Notes: generated by a model from the letters alone, not told the origin. Positions 1-13,570 are shown, counted from the whole stretch's first letter. The stretch: 56,786 bases of DNA, filler included, from Sphacelaria rigidula (GCA_964200075.2; 5 parts of 5 records of this genome joined end to end with filler, not necessarily neighbours in it); one strand, 5' to 3'. Numbers and translations: made by a program.

Positions 1-1291
1 GGGGGGGGGGGGGCGTACTCATTTGTTGCTTGCCTTAGTCATTTGACCATTTACTATTGACAAGGGAGGGGGGGGCGATGACGATTGTGATTGCGAATGA
101 GAGCATGCTATGTAAAAACGAAGAGGGTCATTACTATCTTGGAAGTATGTCTGAACAAGAAAGTTCGAAGTACTGCCTGAATGAGGGATAAAGGAAGGGA
201 AGGAGAGTGAGCGAGTATGGATGAGAGACAGACGGACAGAGAGAGAAAGAGAGAGCGACAGCGCGTCTGTGGCGCGAGAGATATCCTCGTTAATCTCTCA
301 TGGATGGTATGTATGATGTACGCATAAGTTAGGAGAATATTCACCAGCGATAGTAGTCGCGGCCGCGGAACTCCGCTATGTCGGATGAATTATCAGTTTC
401 TCGAACTCATTTGGAACTTTAAGCCCCCCCTCCTCGGGACGGGTCCGTGGTCTCAAGGGAGCAACTCATTTCTCCCCAGGTACAGGCTTTATAACTTCGT
501 ATCGCAGGTTGGATAAGCACGCCTGCACCGCGTCGGCTCTCAAACAAACCCAGTCGAATAAACTGTTTTTGCCACTCACGTACGTCCTCACGTACGTCCT
601 CGTGCTTTCAACGATGGAAATCAGACAATTCGCAGCAAAAATTCCAACTAAATGCATCTGGTGGGAATCGAGCCGGACTTACTTCCGACTGGTTTCGACG
701 GCAGAAATAAGACATTGAGCGAGAAATTTCAACCTAAACACATGTGGTGGGGATTGAGCCCACGCTCTTCCCGACCTAGTGATGTCAGTTGTACCATTTG
801 ACCATCGGGGGGCGGTGGGCTTGTACTGCTTGCCGCCTTTTATACGTTTAGGCTGATATGGGAAAACACATGCGGGTCCCGCTGTCACCGCTGCTTCTAG
901 AACGACGCATCGCACGAATTACACAGTGAAAAGTACCGTGAAATCTATGCGTGGCCACTTATTCATTTGACCAACAAAATGCCATCGCCCGGTGTGAGCA
1001 AGGAAGCATGTTCTGAGGACGGTCCAGTCGGCTGTCACACTTATGAAGAACCAATCCAAGTTATACTTCGCCAGAGAGAGAAAAAAAAAAGTCATCCTGA
1101 AATTTCCGCCAGAGGACAAGTGTACCTACCCTTTAGTGGTGAGACACGGGCGCGGCAGAAGCACCGGTGAGCGAAGTCGTTGCAGGGGATTCCGCTAGAG
1201 CATCGGAAGTGCACCCCGATTGGGCTACTTCACAGCAGACACCCTGACATATTTCAGATGCGCGTCCCGTCCGCACGTCACTGCTCTGCAG

Positions 1292-3633
1292 GTTTGCGCA
1301 ACAAATGCCACCGCCCCGATTGAGGGAAGCCTCAGCCGGAAGCGATCTGATCGGTTGCCACAGCGCGGTCCTCGACGTGGAAGGAAGACTTTTTACGTGG
1401 GGCGTTGGGGTTGCCGCCGGACACGGCTCCGCTAGGCTCGTCGTCGTTCCTACGTGGGTGAATGCTTCGTCTTTGTGGTATCGTGTTACTAGATAAGATA
1501 GATGCGTGGCGCTGATTTTGAGTCCATGGAGACCACTTACGATTCACTGATGATGCATATTTGCAACCTGACTGCGGAAATATTTCGGTTGGTCTAGCGG
1601 CCAGTTAGCTGACTCAAATATCACGGTATACCTCTCAGAGTGATGGCGTTCTTTATTTAGACTATGGCAAGTGGTTTCATCAGGTGTGTTTTTTTATGAT
1701 TCAAGACTGGTATAGCGTTATTTCGGCCGGATTTTGTGCTTGTATACATATAGGCTCCACGGGCACTTCTCGTGCTCGGTTGTGGAGAATTCCTGCCGCA
1801 GAGATTACATATTCTTTTCCACGGCCTTACGTTTTGGATTGTCTCTGTTCCTGAAGGCTTGGCGGAGATCTGGTAACAGTTATCTATCCATCTTTCACCA
1901 TTTGCCAAGTTCCACCTTGCTCCAGTTACCTTCGGCTAGTATGTCCGTTCATATCCCTTTTGGGAGCGCCTGCCCTGTAATCACGGCTAGATGCGTAGCG
2001 GATCACGAAATGCGTGTGGATTGACGGAATCATTCCACCCATTATTCAATCGCTACGCAGGCTGTCTGCGCCAATCTCGTGTTCGTCATTTGAAAGGTTA
2101 CCACTCACAGAAACGGAGTTGAGGATTTCATGGTGCCGTCGTGGATATTTTCACAATGCGAACAGGGAAGTGAAAGACCTGGAAGGTGGTGCTCGCGAGG
2201 GTGGTAGACGCTCTGGAGGTACCTCGAAGGACCGAGTGAAAGGGGTTTCGTGCGGGGGGGGTTTCACCCTCGCCGTTACGAATGGAGGAAAGGTAACGTG
2301 TGCCACAACATGGATGGATCGCACGTACGCAAATATTGTTTTTCAGCCCTCACAATCCGCTCTGTCGAACATTCGTTGCTGTCCAAGATAGTATCCCGTG
2401 CTCCTCGACGGGAGACGTGCTGTCCGAGGTACTGTATGTTAACACGATGCTTCTTCTCACCGTGAACGTCGAGAGCCTCTTGCACTGACTCAGTTCGCTG
2501 AGCCAAGGGCATATACTCGTATCAACATACATATCGCTACAGCATTACCTCTTTTCCCCAACACTAATCTCCAAGTCAAACGTGTGACCGGTGCGACATC
2601 CCGCGCTCTCGAAGATATGTTCGGTCTTCGTGAGCTCCGGCAGCACAATGAGGGTTGACATGCGCGCGTCGTCTCCTTTTCACCCAAGATTGCTTGTTGC
2701 GGTTCATGCTGTGGTGGTGATGAATCAGGTATTCTCCTGGGGATCCTGGGCCCGAGGACGCCTCGGGCTGGGCCGGCCACCCGAACGCACGACGGGAAGG
2801 CACAAACGAGTTCCTCGCTTTCAAGCAAAGCCTCGTAGGATCGTTTCTATTGGGAAGTCGCCAGTCGTCCAGGTAGGCGATATTGTATACTTCTCAGCCA
2901 GCCTGCACTCACCCGTGCGGTCTACAGCTGGCGTCACGCGGTGTTTTGATCACCTGTTGTGGGAGTAGGTACAGCGGGCATAGCAACGTGTGTGGAGGCG
3001 GTCAATCCTCCTGTGGTGCATTATTCGTCGTTGCCGCGTGAAGATCTTACGGGGTGATCATTGCGGGGTTCGTTTTGTCTCTACCCAAGGTCTGCTCTGT
3101 GTCTACTCTAATTTATCCGGCGGTAAGAGCGTGTGTGCCACGAAGTGGAAATACTCCTATGGCATCGAGTAATCTTTCACATCCCTTTCCAAGATCGAGA
3201 GCGGAAACCACACTCTTATAGCGGAATCCTGCGGCATTTGCTCTGCAGCAAACAGTGCTCCTGTGTGTAGGGTCCCCAAGGTCTTGGCTTGCTAATTACT
3301 CCAGCTAGAAGCTTCCTCATTGGTGAGCCTTTGCGACCGTCCCTTGCCAGGTGGCTGCGGGTGATTGGCACGGCATGGCCCTTACGGCAGAGGGAGAAGT
3401 GTACACGTGGGGGCACAACGCATCTGGTCAGGTCAGCCAACGACCGTTGTAGTATCTTAACGGTCGTTCACAGGCGCATGCTTGCATAGTCCTCCGTAGT
3501 CTGGAAATCTTCCCGATTCTCATTGTTGCTCTCGTCTGAAGCTGAGCCTACTTCCGCGCTGTTGTCGTCTCTCTCCGCATTCCCTGCGAAACACGAACTT
3601 TGATTCACACAACGCCAACATGAACATGCACGA

Positions 3634-3665
<32 letters not shown>

Positions 3666-6600
3666 AACAACGGAAACGACGGCAATGACACTTTCGGGAT
3701 CACTTCCGTATCTACGCATCATGGCCATCGCGACCACCACTGCCATGAAAATATGATGGCCATGGTCATCATCACGATAACGACACATACTACCAACAGC
3801 TTGGCTTTTTGGTGCCTCCTTCGCCTGCTACTATCAAGGCCACCCCCACTGTTGCCATTCACAACACCACCATCAACTCAACCAGTGTGTCAGATATGCT
3901 GAGGTCATCCTGGACACCCGTGAAACTACCGCAATTTGGGAACCAAACCGCTTCGCCCAAGGTGCCGCTTGGGTGCACTGCCAGAGATATACCTCCTGCA
4001 ACCGGCAGGGGGTTCAAGGAGACACCTACCGGAGGACGTGCACATGAGTGAGTGCTATCATGTTACTACTTTGGAGAAGTGAAAATCTTTACTGAACGTT
4101 TCCCCCATTTTCACAGAGCGAGATATTTTCCAACACCAAATGGTTCCATGCTATGCTACGCCGTACATCTTGCGATCGACCTTTCCCTCCCCGCGGGGCG
4201 GAAAAGTGGTTTCGGTCAAAACTTGTTCTCGTTCAGGTGCGTGTCCGGTAGCACTCGGTATGCAAAATAGCCGAACACACGCCGAAGATTTCGCTTCCGC
4301 GTACAGCAGCGACGTGACGTAGTCCACTGGCTTTCATACTTCATACGTAGTCCACTGGCTTTCATACTTTATGTGTGTACCCCGTGCAGGTCGACGACGT
4401 ACCGCACTGCCTAATTACTCGTGATGTAGCTTTCACAGCCAAAGATTATTCTAGATCCTTCATGCGCGTTGACGCACTTGTCTCGACGTTGCATAGTTGG
4501 GCTCGACCCTGTTCCCCCGCCCACTTACCTGCCCTCGAGCCTGGTCCGGCGGAGATCCGGCGAGCTCCGTCCCGGCTTTGTAGGTATGAGAGGCCAATGA
4601 TCATATGACCACGGCATGTAAAATCATGAGTACACTCCCCCCGTCGCTCCGTCCACGATGGCGCGTGGTCATTTGAATATCAGTTCGCACGAGACATTCG
4701 CGACTCGAGTCTTCTCAACTAGTGTATTCAAATAGAGTGATCGACCTCGCAAGCCTACATCTCATGGCCGCCGTACGTCAAAACGTTTTCGTTGTTCACA
4801 GTTTGTTACCCCACTCCTCGTCCTGTCCGCAGGAAGAGTTCGTAGCCTCGAAAATGAACCAATCTGTGCCCCCGGTACTTCTCTGGCAGTTGACCATGTA
4901 GCATTGACTCAGGGTCACCGCAGCCTGTTGACGTCCTTCGAATTTGTATTTCTGCCTTCTCGCGTTATTAAGCTTTTCGACGACGGGAACCAGCGGGGGG
5001 CGCGCTACTGCCTCGATTTAAAAATCCACGAAAACCCGCCCAAATCAGGACGCTGGTGTTATCAAGTTAACCACCGAAGCGCGGCAGAAAGGCAGCGCTC
5101 TTCAATTATTTCCCATCAACACCTTCAGCCTTTGGAACAAATTCCAACACCCTTTGACATGATGATACACTTGCCATGAATAGTACATGGCGTACAGAAC
5201 ACCTTTAAGACGTACCCCGACCCCCGACCCCCATCCCCCTGTATCGCCCTCTACCTTCTGGTAGGTCCGTCGAAAGTCACTGCGCCGTGCACATCGCATG
5301 TGGATCCCAGCACTCCATCGTGGTGGACAGCCTTGGTGCCGCGTGGACATGGGGGGGCGAGGGAAGGTCGTTCCTAGGGCACGGTGAAACGGGAATAGGC
5401 TCCGACTATGGCGGTGAAAGGGCCAAAGCAGAGGCGCAAGCACGGGCTATGGGGTCGAGCGGCGGAAGGTTTGTCAAAGCCGTGGCTGCGGGGTCGGTTT
5501 GCGGTGTGGGCGGCAACTGCGTGTCTTATTGACTATATCTTTGCGTTCTGAAATGCTAGTACGCAGTACCTTTTACAATGTTTTCGAGAGGTGATGGGGA
5601 GAAAGATTTGCCCTACCACACTTTATGAGAGGGTGAAAGGGGTGTGCGCATGATTATGGATTTCGTACGCATATGACCATTGACCTCGCCTCCAAACAGA
5701 GCCGGGATGGAGCACGCCGGGGTTTCGCCGGACCGGGCTCGCACTTAATCACCGAGCGTACTCTATTTTGCACTCAATGTGCACCCACGTATAGTACACT
5801 AACGTACAAATGGCATGATCCATTCCGAATTCCTTCTCGTTGCCCACTGTATGCCATCATTTGGGCACGAATCGAAACGGGATTTATTTACCTAGAAGCG
5901 ATCAATTGTCTCTAACTTCTCCTCCTCTTCATGGACGCCGAGTCCACAACGGTAGCCATACTTCCGTGCGTCCGTCCATCACTCTTTGACCCGTAGATAG
6001 TGTTGTAAGCACATCAGTCCCCACCAACCCTCAATATCCCTTCCTCCCATCCTCGACCCGTCTGAACCTTCTGCCGTTCACACTCGTCTCGAAACTCGGT
6101 CGTGGCTACGATACGAGCGGTAACTCAAAACACGCCTTGCGTTACTACCATGACCCATTCTCTTCCCCACGTCGGATTTCCGTCTCGTTTTCACACCGCA
6201 GCGATCCGGTGAAAGATTCGGCGGGGCGACCACAGCACTCCACACCATCATCATTCGTCCCTCTATCCCGCGAGCGAGATATTTCTCGCTCAACTGCCCG
6301 CCGTGCCCTCGTCGGAGGTTGGGCCGAACCTCGACCAATTTCGTGCCTCGCGCAACCACAACCAACTGCAAGTAAGTACCAAGACCTTGAGAGTTAGCCA
6401 AGGGGAACGGGAGGGTACGCACGAATGCGATGATAGAAGATTGTCTAGATTAGTCGCAAGGACCACCCGCGTTTTGTTTTCTTCATTATATATAGGACAA
6501 GTTCAAAGTGGTTTGTCGTACCCTTTTCAACAGGTGTTATCTCGGTCCCCTCACACAGCGCAACGTCGGCGACTACAACACGCCAGGCGGTTGAACATAC

Positions 6601-9600
6601 GTGTGGTAACGAGAATAACGTATAGATGAACTGAAGATCCCGCGCGCGTGCCACTCAACGTAGCTATTCACTAGTGGGGGCGGGAAGGGGTGCTACGGGA
6701 GGGCGATTTTCGCCGTATGTGGTTACAGCCGTAAGATTCGCCAGGAACCAGATTTCAGCAGTGGTAGATAGCTTGTCTCTTGAAACCTGCAGGATTTTTG
6801 AATGAGTGTTATCTTATGTTCACATTACTTGTCTTCACGTCCATGGTGAATCATGCTCGTGTGCTCTCGTTTGCGCTTTGTTCCTCGAATAGGATTCCCG
6901 GCCCGCGAATCAGCTGTACCCGTCACCCCAGCTTTTTTCATTGATCTATGTAAGGCGAAACCGTCCAGACCTCCCTCTGCCATTCGATTAGTTTCCGATC
7001 GATGTCTAGTCGGTGTATTTCGCTGCTGTTTCCCTTCATGTGCATGGGCGGCAGAAAATAACCCCCACTTGCCCGCCACAATACCAGACAGTTTCCAACA
7101 AGGGTACAAGCTTGAAGAATTCACCAACATTCCTCTAGATTTCCGATGAAGCCAGCTGGGATTTTTTCTTTGTGCTCGTGCTTATTTTTCAGAGTTCAGG
7201 CCCGCCACCTTGCGGCGGCATCGTCAGAGCCATCCTAAACCGCACTCCAAACCGTCGAGAGAGGGGGGTGCTTCCCCCCGAACTTTATTTTCACCGACTC
7301 ACGAAAAGAAATCGCTGCGTCAATACGCCTTTCCTGGAGTTGCTTTGCACTCTGCTCTCCGATTCGAACTGTGCTACTTTGTGCAATGCTTGTAATGAAC
7401 GTTGTACCTGCTCTCTGGCCATACCCCTACAGGCGCGTTGATTGTGGCGGCAGCGGCAGGGCGATCCCACACCATACTCATGACCGCCGAGGGAAGAATG
7501 TTTGTCTTCGGGGAAGGGGCGGCAGTAGCCGGGGCTAGCCCGAGCACCTTGAATAGCGTGCTCGGGGTCGAGGGGAAGGAGACCGGTGGCGGCGCAGCTG
7601 GGGGAGATGATGGGGTTCGGGGGCTTGTGAAGCGAAGCGCGGAGGAAGGGGCGGAAGATCCGTTGGAGGTGTGGTGATCCATGCAGCAGCTATTTCGTAT
7701 GCTTGATCGTCGGGTTGGGTAGGGGGGGATCGCACCACAATGGGGTGACTTTTCCAGAGGGGTTTCCGCGTACTTCCGCACAACAGGGAGATTTTCCGAA
7801 CGGTTGTGAGTGTACAATGTGTGTTGTGCTTGTTGCAGTCAGCTAGTTGTTTTCGATGCGGTGAGCTGGTGGCTGGCTGTTGGATGTGAGTAAGGTAAGC
7901 TGAAGGAGAATATTTGGTGCTCTATAGGAGTGCGACAAATGTCAACGAGTGCCGTACGTTTATCCGGCCGTCTGACTACTCGTAGCACTTCCGATGTTGT
8001 GCAGCACATACGGTGAGGACCAACAGAAACCTCCAGTGATATGCTGGTGAGTAGATGGTGATGGCAGAAGCACTCTAGTTTCGTGTTTTGATAGCGTTGT
8101 AGACTCCTCACCTCCCGCGATGACAGTACCTTTGCCGGAGAGACATTTGTACTCATCAATGATTAATGTGTGGATAGGTTTGGAGTAGTGTGGAAACTGG
8201 ACACATGTTGGAGTGCGCGAGGATGAAGTAGTGTTTAAGGCTGGTGTCAGTTATTTCGTCAGCGGGAGAGGAACGGACGCACCTGCACACACTCAAAATG
8301 TGTCATTGAACGTGGACAGGCAAGGCCAATCTGCAGAGGCCTTGCATTTCCAATAGTACTCGCTTCAAGGAATCGGTTACGTCAATACTCTATTTCTTCG
8401 AAAATCGTAGAACCAAGCACTCTACCGGAGCCCTGCTTCGATACCCCTTGCTGTCCACACGAACCTTCACCAACGTTTCAAGCGTCACCGGCCGCTTGGT
8501 GGATTTTCCCACCGTACAGATTTCTCCATGCGGGACTCAGCTCGTATACTGAGACCTGTACGGAGACCTAAAGAGGGCCACCGGTCTCAATGTAGGTGGC
8601 CTTGGAGGAGACCTCTTGACTGTACAGAATAATGTGTTCTGTCATTTTGAACGCGGATGGTCCTCCCGTTTGTGGTGTACTGGCCATCACCATTGTGCTT
8701 GCAGATCCTCTCGGCCGTGGCGGGTCCAACGCCTGTGCCCAGAGAGGCATGCTGCTCATGGCTGCCTGCCCTGGCCACGAGGCGTATAGGGGCCGTTGCT
8801 TGTGGTGGAACACATACTATCGTTTTGCTGGCAGGTGAGAAGACAACATATCGCAGCGCTCACTAGATGCAGGAAACAGTATTCTGCAAGAGGGAAAATA
8901 GTCGATTATCCGCGTAGCTTCAGGAAACGGCCACGCACGTCGATCGAGGCGTTTGCAGGTTGGCCAGTTTGTGCCGCGCAGAGCATTTATTCGCCGACCC
9001 GAAGTACGAAGAGCACCAGTATTACCAGAAGATCGTCGCGACAAGTTTTTTTTTGTCGAATGTATGAATAATTTCGAGCATTCACGATTGTTAGGAAAAG
9101 CAGCCCCACCGCACGTTTTCATCACCAGGTCTTCCTGTGTCTACGACCAACCCTGCTTGACAAAGCGCTTGTATCGACGTACGTGTTGACGCCTAGCAAC
9201 TTGATACCGCGTGTGAACATGTCCAGCGAGCCCGAGGTTCACCGGATTGCCCAGAAATGTACTAGTGGGTAACCTAATGCTAATCGTGGTACTCACGAAT
9301 TGCAGACCGCTCACTGCTGCGCTTTAGTCTTCACACGCTATCGACTTCGTACGTTTGCCAGGTATACGCGGCTCCATTGTCATGTCACGCTTTCGAGCGT
9401 CGGTTCTTGTTTTATTGTGATGCGCCCAGATCCTTCTCAGGGAGGATGGAGATTAGCTTCACATTCGCTCGAGTCTCCGTCAAGGAGCCAAGTTACCGTT
9501 CTAGGGCCTGCTTTTGCTATGGGTGTTGTTGAGAAACCGCATAGTTAAGGAGGCGCTTTTTGTCCTTCACAAGTTCGTGTACCCCCTCCCAACCTACCCG

Positions 9601-10344
9601 TGCCCATGTGTCCCGTCCCGTTCGCTCGACAAAGGTGACCACATCGGATATAGTCTCGGCATGAACTGCTTCCGCCATGCAATGGGTGCCGAGCGCAGGC
9701 GTTTGGACACCAGCGACATTTTGGAACGCGAAGAGGAGGTGGAAGACAGCGCCGATGGATGGGGTGATGGGGGTGTCGACTGTGAGCTGCTCGTGGCGGG
9801 GAGCTATCTTCATGCCCATAGGGTAATTCTGGCGAGAAGATCACCCGTCCTGAGAGACATGATTGCCCAGGTTAGGCTTCATAGCAAACGAGAATCCCGA
9901 CAGTCGGTACTGGTGACCCAAGATCAATCCGTAACCCTAGCCTGGACCCTAATCCCATTCCTATCCCATAGCCCGGACATTGACTGTGATCTCATCTCGA
10001 GTCCCACGATTATCCCTAACCGTGGATGTAGTTCCTAAGAAGGAAGACGATGACAATAAGACAGTAACTCCACCACTCATTCCGCGCAGGAAGAACGACC
10101 TGGTGACGGCGAACCCTTGCAGCTGCTTCTGCCAGATCTCCGCGTAGATGTAGCGCGCGCACTCCTAGAGTTTCTCTACACGGGCGATCTCCGAAGACCG
10201 CTCGATCTCGATTCGGCTTTGCCTTATGACCTGAGAGCGGCGGCCAGATCTTACGGCATTCCTAGATTAGAGGCTCTTTGTGCTGAGGCGATATCGCTTG
10301 GCTCTGATCCTGACAGGCAGCAAGGTGGACGTGAATGGGGCGAG
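1292..10344 (+). CDS. RCC1-repeat + BTB/POZ domain protein (RCBTB/IBTK-like), partial: 5' exons lie upstream and the 3' end is not seen before the gap
   Basis: Eleven GT-AG exons join in one frame (about 664 codons): 1292-1453, 2166-2292, 2729-2872, 3351-3431, 3800-4047, 5265-5468, 6202-6371, 7433-7668, 8705-8834, 9635-9870, 10090-10344. RCC1 blade motifs: HSAVLDVEGRLFTWG, VSCGGGFTLAVTNGGK|VFSWGSWARGRLGLG, VAAGDWHGMALTAEGEVYTWGHNASGQ|LG, IACGSQHSIVV..AWTWG, AAAGRSHTILMTAEGRMFVFG, VACGGTHTIVL. BTB motifs: DCELLVAGSYLHAHRVILARRSPVLRDMI and ALLEFLYTG...AARSYGIPRLEALC. Confidence 0.9.
3634..3665. repeat. (ACG)n microsatellite in an intron
   Basis: Uninterrupted ACGACGACG run of about 10 units. 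Confidence 0.9.
4538..4641 (+). repeat. Short dispersed repeat family A (~100 bp, ends GAGTACA/GCCCCC), representative copy
   Basis: Approximate consensus GCCTGGTCCGGC..CCGGCGTGCTCCGTCCCGGCTTTGTAGGGATGCGAGGTCAATGGTCATACGACTATGGCATGCAAGATCATGAGTACACCCCC. Other full or partial copies: ~5635-5740(-), ~10369-10475(-), 22756-22783, 34134-34175, 40427-40480, 41258-41310, 45025-45075. Confidence 0.75.
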
Positions 10345-11189
10345 GTGAGTTTCGTGTTTGGCTGAGGTTGGGGAGTATACTCACGATCTTGCATGCTATA
10401 GTTGTATGGCCATTGACCTCGCATCCCTACAAGGCCGGGACGGAGTACGCCGTGTTTTCGCTGGATCAGGCTCGCAATCAATCACCAAGCGTGAAGCACC
10501 GTGGTGTGTTCGGCAAGTCGCATGACGGTTGAGCTGCACCCTGTGTTAAGATTGTTTGGCCCGGAGCGTGCTGACTATCTTGCATCTGGATGACAGCTTT
10601 GAGTGAGTCGCTTTACTTTCGGGTATCGCCACTTCCAGATACAGCCATGGCTTACACACTGCCCCATGGGTGTCTCACCATTGTTCGGCTGAGGGGGAAG
10701 GGGGTGGTTGACCCTAGCGGAAGCATCTGTTGGGACGGAGGGTATGTCAATAAAACATAGCGCTGTACTTCCGGCCAAAGGCACCGCGCCCTTCAACGGT
10801 CGTATCTGGTTGGATTTCGTTGTATTTGGTGGGTACGTTGAATTTTCACTCGAAATGATGGATCTATTTCAGGTGCAGGAAAAACATCAGGGTTTGCGAG
10901 CATCTTTTTCACTTCACCTCGGTGCACTGGACGCGAGCGCTCGAATTCATTCTTCACAAATTCACGCCGTCAGCGACGAAGGACAGCAATTTCAGTAATA
11001 TAATCTTTCTCAAGTCGAGTTTCCTCGGAAAAGCAAGAAGTATAGTTCGCGCAAAATGATGCCGTTCACGGAGCGATTTCGATGACTTTGCTTCTTCTGG
11101 TCTTGACGTTTTGCAGTCCCCCCCCCCCACCCCCGAAAGGGATGCGTGATCAACGGTCAAACGACTAGGGCAAGCAACAAATGAGTACG

Positions 11190-11224
<35 letters not shown>

Positions 11225-11278
11225 CCCCCACCCCACCCCCCACCCCCTTCTTCCCACCCCCCCCTATAGCACGACCCC

Positions 11279-11378
11279 NNNNNNNNNNNNNNNNNNNNNN
11301 NNNNNNNNNNNNNNNNNNNNNNTTAATTAATTAANNNNNNNNNNNNNNNNNNNNNNNNNNNNNNNNNNNNNNNNNNNN
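11279..11378. other. Artificial contig linker (N44-TTAATTAATTAA-N44)
   Basis: Fixed 100-bp spacer with stops in all six frames; same layout at all four linker sites. Confidence 0.97.
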
Positions 11379-11557
11379 TCGAACTACCGTTGCCGCCCTC
11401 AACCCCGTCTGTAAGGGAAATTTCGTCCAACATACTCCCCCCCCCCCCCCCCCCCCCCCCCCCTATCGTAGCATGACTCAGTATCTGGTGTTCGTCGCTG
11501 ATAGCGTGAGGACGTGAGTAGCATGGAGAATCTGATTGACTCAGTTCGTCCAACAGC

Positions 11558-11670
11558 AGTCGACGAGGTGTGGGAGTGCTGACCCAGTTCGCGATATCAA
11601 CATGTAAATCGTGTATCGGGGGAGATATGCGTCGATTCCTTGAGATCACGGACTCGTCCCGAGTAAGAGG
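11558..11670 (+). repeat. Short dispersed repeat family B, representative copy
   Basis: AGTCGACG(C/A)GGTG(C/T)GGGAGT..GCTGACCCAGT(T/C)CGCGATA...GGGGGAGA...TTGAGA(T/C)CACGGAC(T/C)CGTCCCGAG. Further copies at ~430-541(-), ~14028-14145(+), ~14965-15020(-), ~39202-39282(+). Confidence 0.7.
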
Positions 11671-11828
11671 GCGGGGTTAGAATGGAGACGACAAACGCAC
11701 ACACATGTATATGTATATGTATATATACTGCTGTATATTGAGATCGTGACGAATTTTAGTAGTTGGATGCTCCACAGTAATTTTGAGGTACTCTCCCACG
11801 GTATGTCGCCTCTGTGATGACAACGCAG

Positions 11829-13570
11829 GGAATTCGTCGAAGTCTAGCAAGTGCTGCTGGGGTAGACTCTGAAGGTATGCCGCTCCCCGACCGGCGCCCC
11901 GCTGACGCCCTGCTCCTCATGTCCGGAAGCCATCCCCTCCGGCGACTGCCGCTCGCCAAACGTGTCTTGCCTGATGTGTACGACGCGTTGCAATTGGCAG
12001 CGAGCATGAGGCACAGGTGCGTGCAGCTGTCTTCGTCTCTCGTTATCTAGGGCTCTGTCTACGGCCATAATAACGGTGCTGCTTCCGCCCCTCTACCGCC
12101 TCTCCTCTCTGTGCGTGTTGCTATTTCTGGGTGATGAGATACATACTCCTGTACATGTTAACATAGCTTCCCATTTTCACGTTGCGTCGCAAGGTGATGG
12201 CTGTCAGCGCAGAGATAGGCTTGTGTGTGGCCCGAGTGTCAACACGTCCTGTTTTCTTTCAAGACAAGAAACTAACTCTCCATCTTGATAAAGAAAATGC
12301 TGTGCGCTGGAATACACGGTTCAAGGTTGGCGAACTGTCGTTGCCTCTACAGCAGGGTGGAAGCATTCAGTTTGTTTGCCCAACATGTTTCATCATTTTC
12401 CCGCGAACAGGGGCCTCTTGCCGAAGGACTTGGCAATGTGGGCTGTTGCGAATCCGTTGACTGAAGCTGACGAGATCGGCATCGAGAATCTTCGCCGAAA
12501 AGTCGAATTAGGAGCGGAGGTGATACTTACCCAACCCCCCCTGGCCTGGGAGCTGTTTGAACGGTGAGACTTGGATCTCGAAACATACATATGAACGTCG
12601 TGTGGATCACTTTTGAACATCAAGTTTTATGAAGATAGTTGCAACTCACTGCTGTGATGTCGCGGAGTACCTGCTTGCGGGACCTTCATGCACGCAATTT
12701 TTCTGTTCATCTGTTGGTGGAAACTCCTTCGAGGCGTACATGACTTACCAATGTTGGCAGATCTTCAAAATAAAGGTTAGATTTTGTCATGCTCTCCTTC
12801 CGCCTTCCCTCGAGATAAACATGGCTGTATTCCCGGCCAAAACTCGATGGTGAACCTGTGCCGTTTCTGGCCATGCTTACTTGCATTTGTTTTTCGAGCC
12901 ACTTTTAATACACCTCGGACCGGAAAACCAGGAGGGGGGGGGTGGGGACGCGCGAGTACGGTGTTCTCATTGAGCGATCCGCTTTCTCACCAGGTGGCTC
13001 CAAGGGGTTCATGCAAGTGATGCTCTCAGGGGGGTGAAAGGCGGGGCACGACCGAAAAACGAGCGAGCTGCGTCAGCCACCATCATCAGTAATGGCGTCG
13101 ACGAGAAGTTTGCAAGACCAGATCAGCAAAACGGAGCGAAAGTCCTGGTGGGAATGCCAGTGATAACTTCCCCGGTCGGGCTTCGCTTTTGGCTGGAGCT
13201 GTGCAGGGTTGACAAGCATGAACGAATATGCAAAGAGGCGTTTGCGGCCTTCGAGACGCCGATCAAACCAACACGACAACATCTCGCTGGACGCAACAGT
13301 GCTGTTGCAGCGAGGATCTCGGGCGGGAGAAAGGCGCTTGGTGACAAAAACAGCGGAGGAACTGTACCCGATGCTGACACCGATGCGCCGACGCAAGAGG
13401 AGGGCAGTGCCCCGTACGGGCGGGAATGGTTCGAGACAACGCTGTTGAAGCTGCAAAAACTGGATCGGCTAGGAGTGGCCGGGGTACATGTAATGGCCCC
13501 CGGTGCTGGGCCCCGGCGACGAACGAAAGAGTTGATCGACACCGGAGTACTTGGGAAGCAACTGCGATGA
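11829..13570 (+). CDS. Methylenetetrahydrofolate reductase-like (MTHFR/MetF-fold FAD-linked oxidoreductase) protein, 5'-partial
   Basis: Phase-consistent exons 11829-12016, 12411-12563, 12994-13570 (918 nt including TGA). Motifs resemble the MetF barrel: ALLLMSGSHP, WAVANP, LRRKVELGAEVILTQP (cf. KVDAGADFIITQ), VLVGMPVITS (cf. IIPGIMPI), LGVAGVHVMAP (cf. GVPGLHFYTLN). Confidence 0.75.

Noticed and set aside
11323-11334. TTAATTAATTAA motif repeated four times
   Set aside because: Assembly spacer centred in N runs, not biological.
10344-11829. Apparent RCC1-BTB-MTHFR fusion (phase-0 donor at 10344 fits phase-0 acceptor at 11829)
   Set aside because: An artificial contig linker lies between them and both genes are truncated there; phase agreement is easily chance.
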